Part shown: positions 63,060-64,000 of the stretch, in pieces
Position numbering within the stretch: position 1 is the first letter of the stretch
Layout: each line of letters starts with the position of its first letter
Assembly: GCF_001194135.2 (NCBI RefSeq)
Contig: NC_068989.1
Span: 88,366,555-88,430,554, forward strand
Source of the DNA: Octopus bimaculoides
Lineage: Eukaryota
DNA length: 64,000 nt
Direction: 5' to 3'
The notes under the pieces: generated by a model
What the model was told of the DNA's origin: nothing
Databases searched by the model: none
Seen by the model: the letters and a program-made list of their open reading frames with translations, nothing else
Position numbers and translations under genes: made by a program

Positions 63060-63315
63060 TAACCTGTTTCAGTCGTTTCACTGCGACCATGCTGGTGCAC
63101 CACCTCGAAGAATTTTTAGTCGAACGAATCGACCACCAGTACGTTTTAAAGCCTGTTGCTTATTCTAGCGGCTTCTTCTGTTTCCGTTTGCCAAATCCAT
63201 TTACAAGACTCTGCTCGACCCGAAACTATAGTAGAAGGCATTTGCGTAAGATCCCACGCAGTGGGACTGAAACCAGATCTATGTGGTTGGGAAGCAAACT
63301 TACCACATAGCCACG
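63060..63315 (-). mobile_element. SINE family B, internally deleted
   Basis: B consensus ends. Confidence 0.8.
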
Positions 63316-63661
63316 CGTACGATATAATCGATTTCACTTTTATCCAAACAAACTTTTATGCGGATGATGCAATTCTTCATATCTAGGTAACTTTTTCTAT
63401 AAAAGGGCATGCCTCTGATCCTATGTCTATTCACTAAGAGAGGAATACACGACACTCGTTGGCATCTACAACTGACCGTCTCAACTGTGTAGCACGACCA
63501 GCTAAAAAGAATCACAGCGAAATCTGTTTAAAATAAGACAAATTAGATCAGTGGTTCTCAACAGGGGGTCCATATCAGATTTTGTTGTTAAAAATCATGT
63601 ACATTAAAGCGATTATGTACTTCTACAATACACAAAATATTTTAACAACCTTTTATACAAT

Positions 63662-64000
63662 GGATCTATTTTAAAACGGGGGCGCCAGTTTTCATTTATG
63701 TTTTATGTAGTGTTTTTGGTACGGAAAGACTTTCAAACTTCGTATACTTATCTATTTTGTGTTATAGAACAGAAAAATATTTTTGTATTCGAATTTATTT
63801 CATGTAAAAAATTGTCTTATTTCGATAATTTCTACTAATCACTGACGTCTATTCAGTTGAAAACAGTTAGCGCTGTAACGGTGTATATCGTATTAATCCC
63901 CTAACTCTAACTAGACTGTTAACCGTAACCGTAACCCTAAAACTAACCCTAACTCTAGAATCCGAACTCTGAAATTGTTACACACACAGATACGCACAGC
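63662..64000. mobile_element. GGATC-TIR element inserted in a hAT MITE (63549-63661); runs off the window
   Basis: GGATCTATTTTAAAACGGGGGCGCCAGTTTTCATTTATG matches the reverse complement of 50455-50535; interior has degenerate CCCTAA/CCGTAA repeats at about 63897-63955. Confidence 0.8.

Noticed and set aside
1-64000. CRISPR arrays, rRNA, operon-like or prokaryotic systems
   Set aside because: Eukaryotic repeat-rich DNA; no repeat-spacer array or rRNA similarity seen.

Overview
AT-rich, gap-riddled eukaryotic draft scaffold. The SINE families, microsatellite load and LINE set point to an octopus (coleoid cephalopod) genome; this is inferred from recognised repeat families, not from a database hit. 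No complete protein-coding gene, true tRNA/rRNA gene or CRISPR array can be supported. Roughly half the window is repeats: at least six SINE-like families (a Meta-domain-like 'A', a CORE-like 'B', tRNA-headed 'C' and 'D', and RTE-tailed 'E' and 'F'), decayed LINE fragments (RTE including 5' ends, R4/Dong-like, L1/Tx1, L2/CR1-like), mariner and piggyBac-like transposase remnants, and hAT-, piggyBac- and pogo-type MITEs. Unique DNA is strongly CpG-depleted at about 1-23.6 kb and 26.6-29.8 kb, and CpG-normal at 24-26 kb and beyond 30.7 kb. That pattern fits the methylated body of a long-intron minus-strand gene with 5' ends near 31-37.5 kb and possibly 24-26 kb. A candidate first coding exon (30777-31179, minus) encodes a type-II-membrane-like N-terminus that I could not assign to a family. 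The most unusual items are: fold-back/TIR elements with telomere-repeat cores (51.6 kb, 63.7 kb); a TIR element flanked by a perfect 67-bp direct duplication (49.9-50.6 kb); minimal hammerhead-like motifs (41.5 kb, 52.8 kb); an HDV-like pseudoknot topology in RTE 5' UTRs; and opposite-orientation SINE triplets that could form ADAR substrates. Coordinates of degenerate repeats are approximate (about 10-30 bp).
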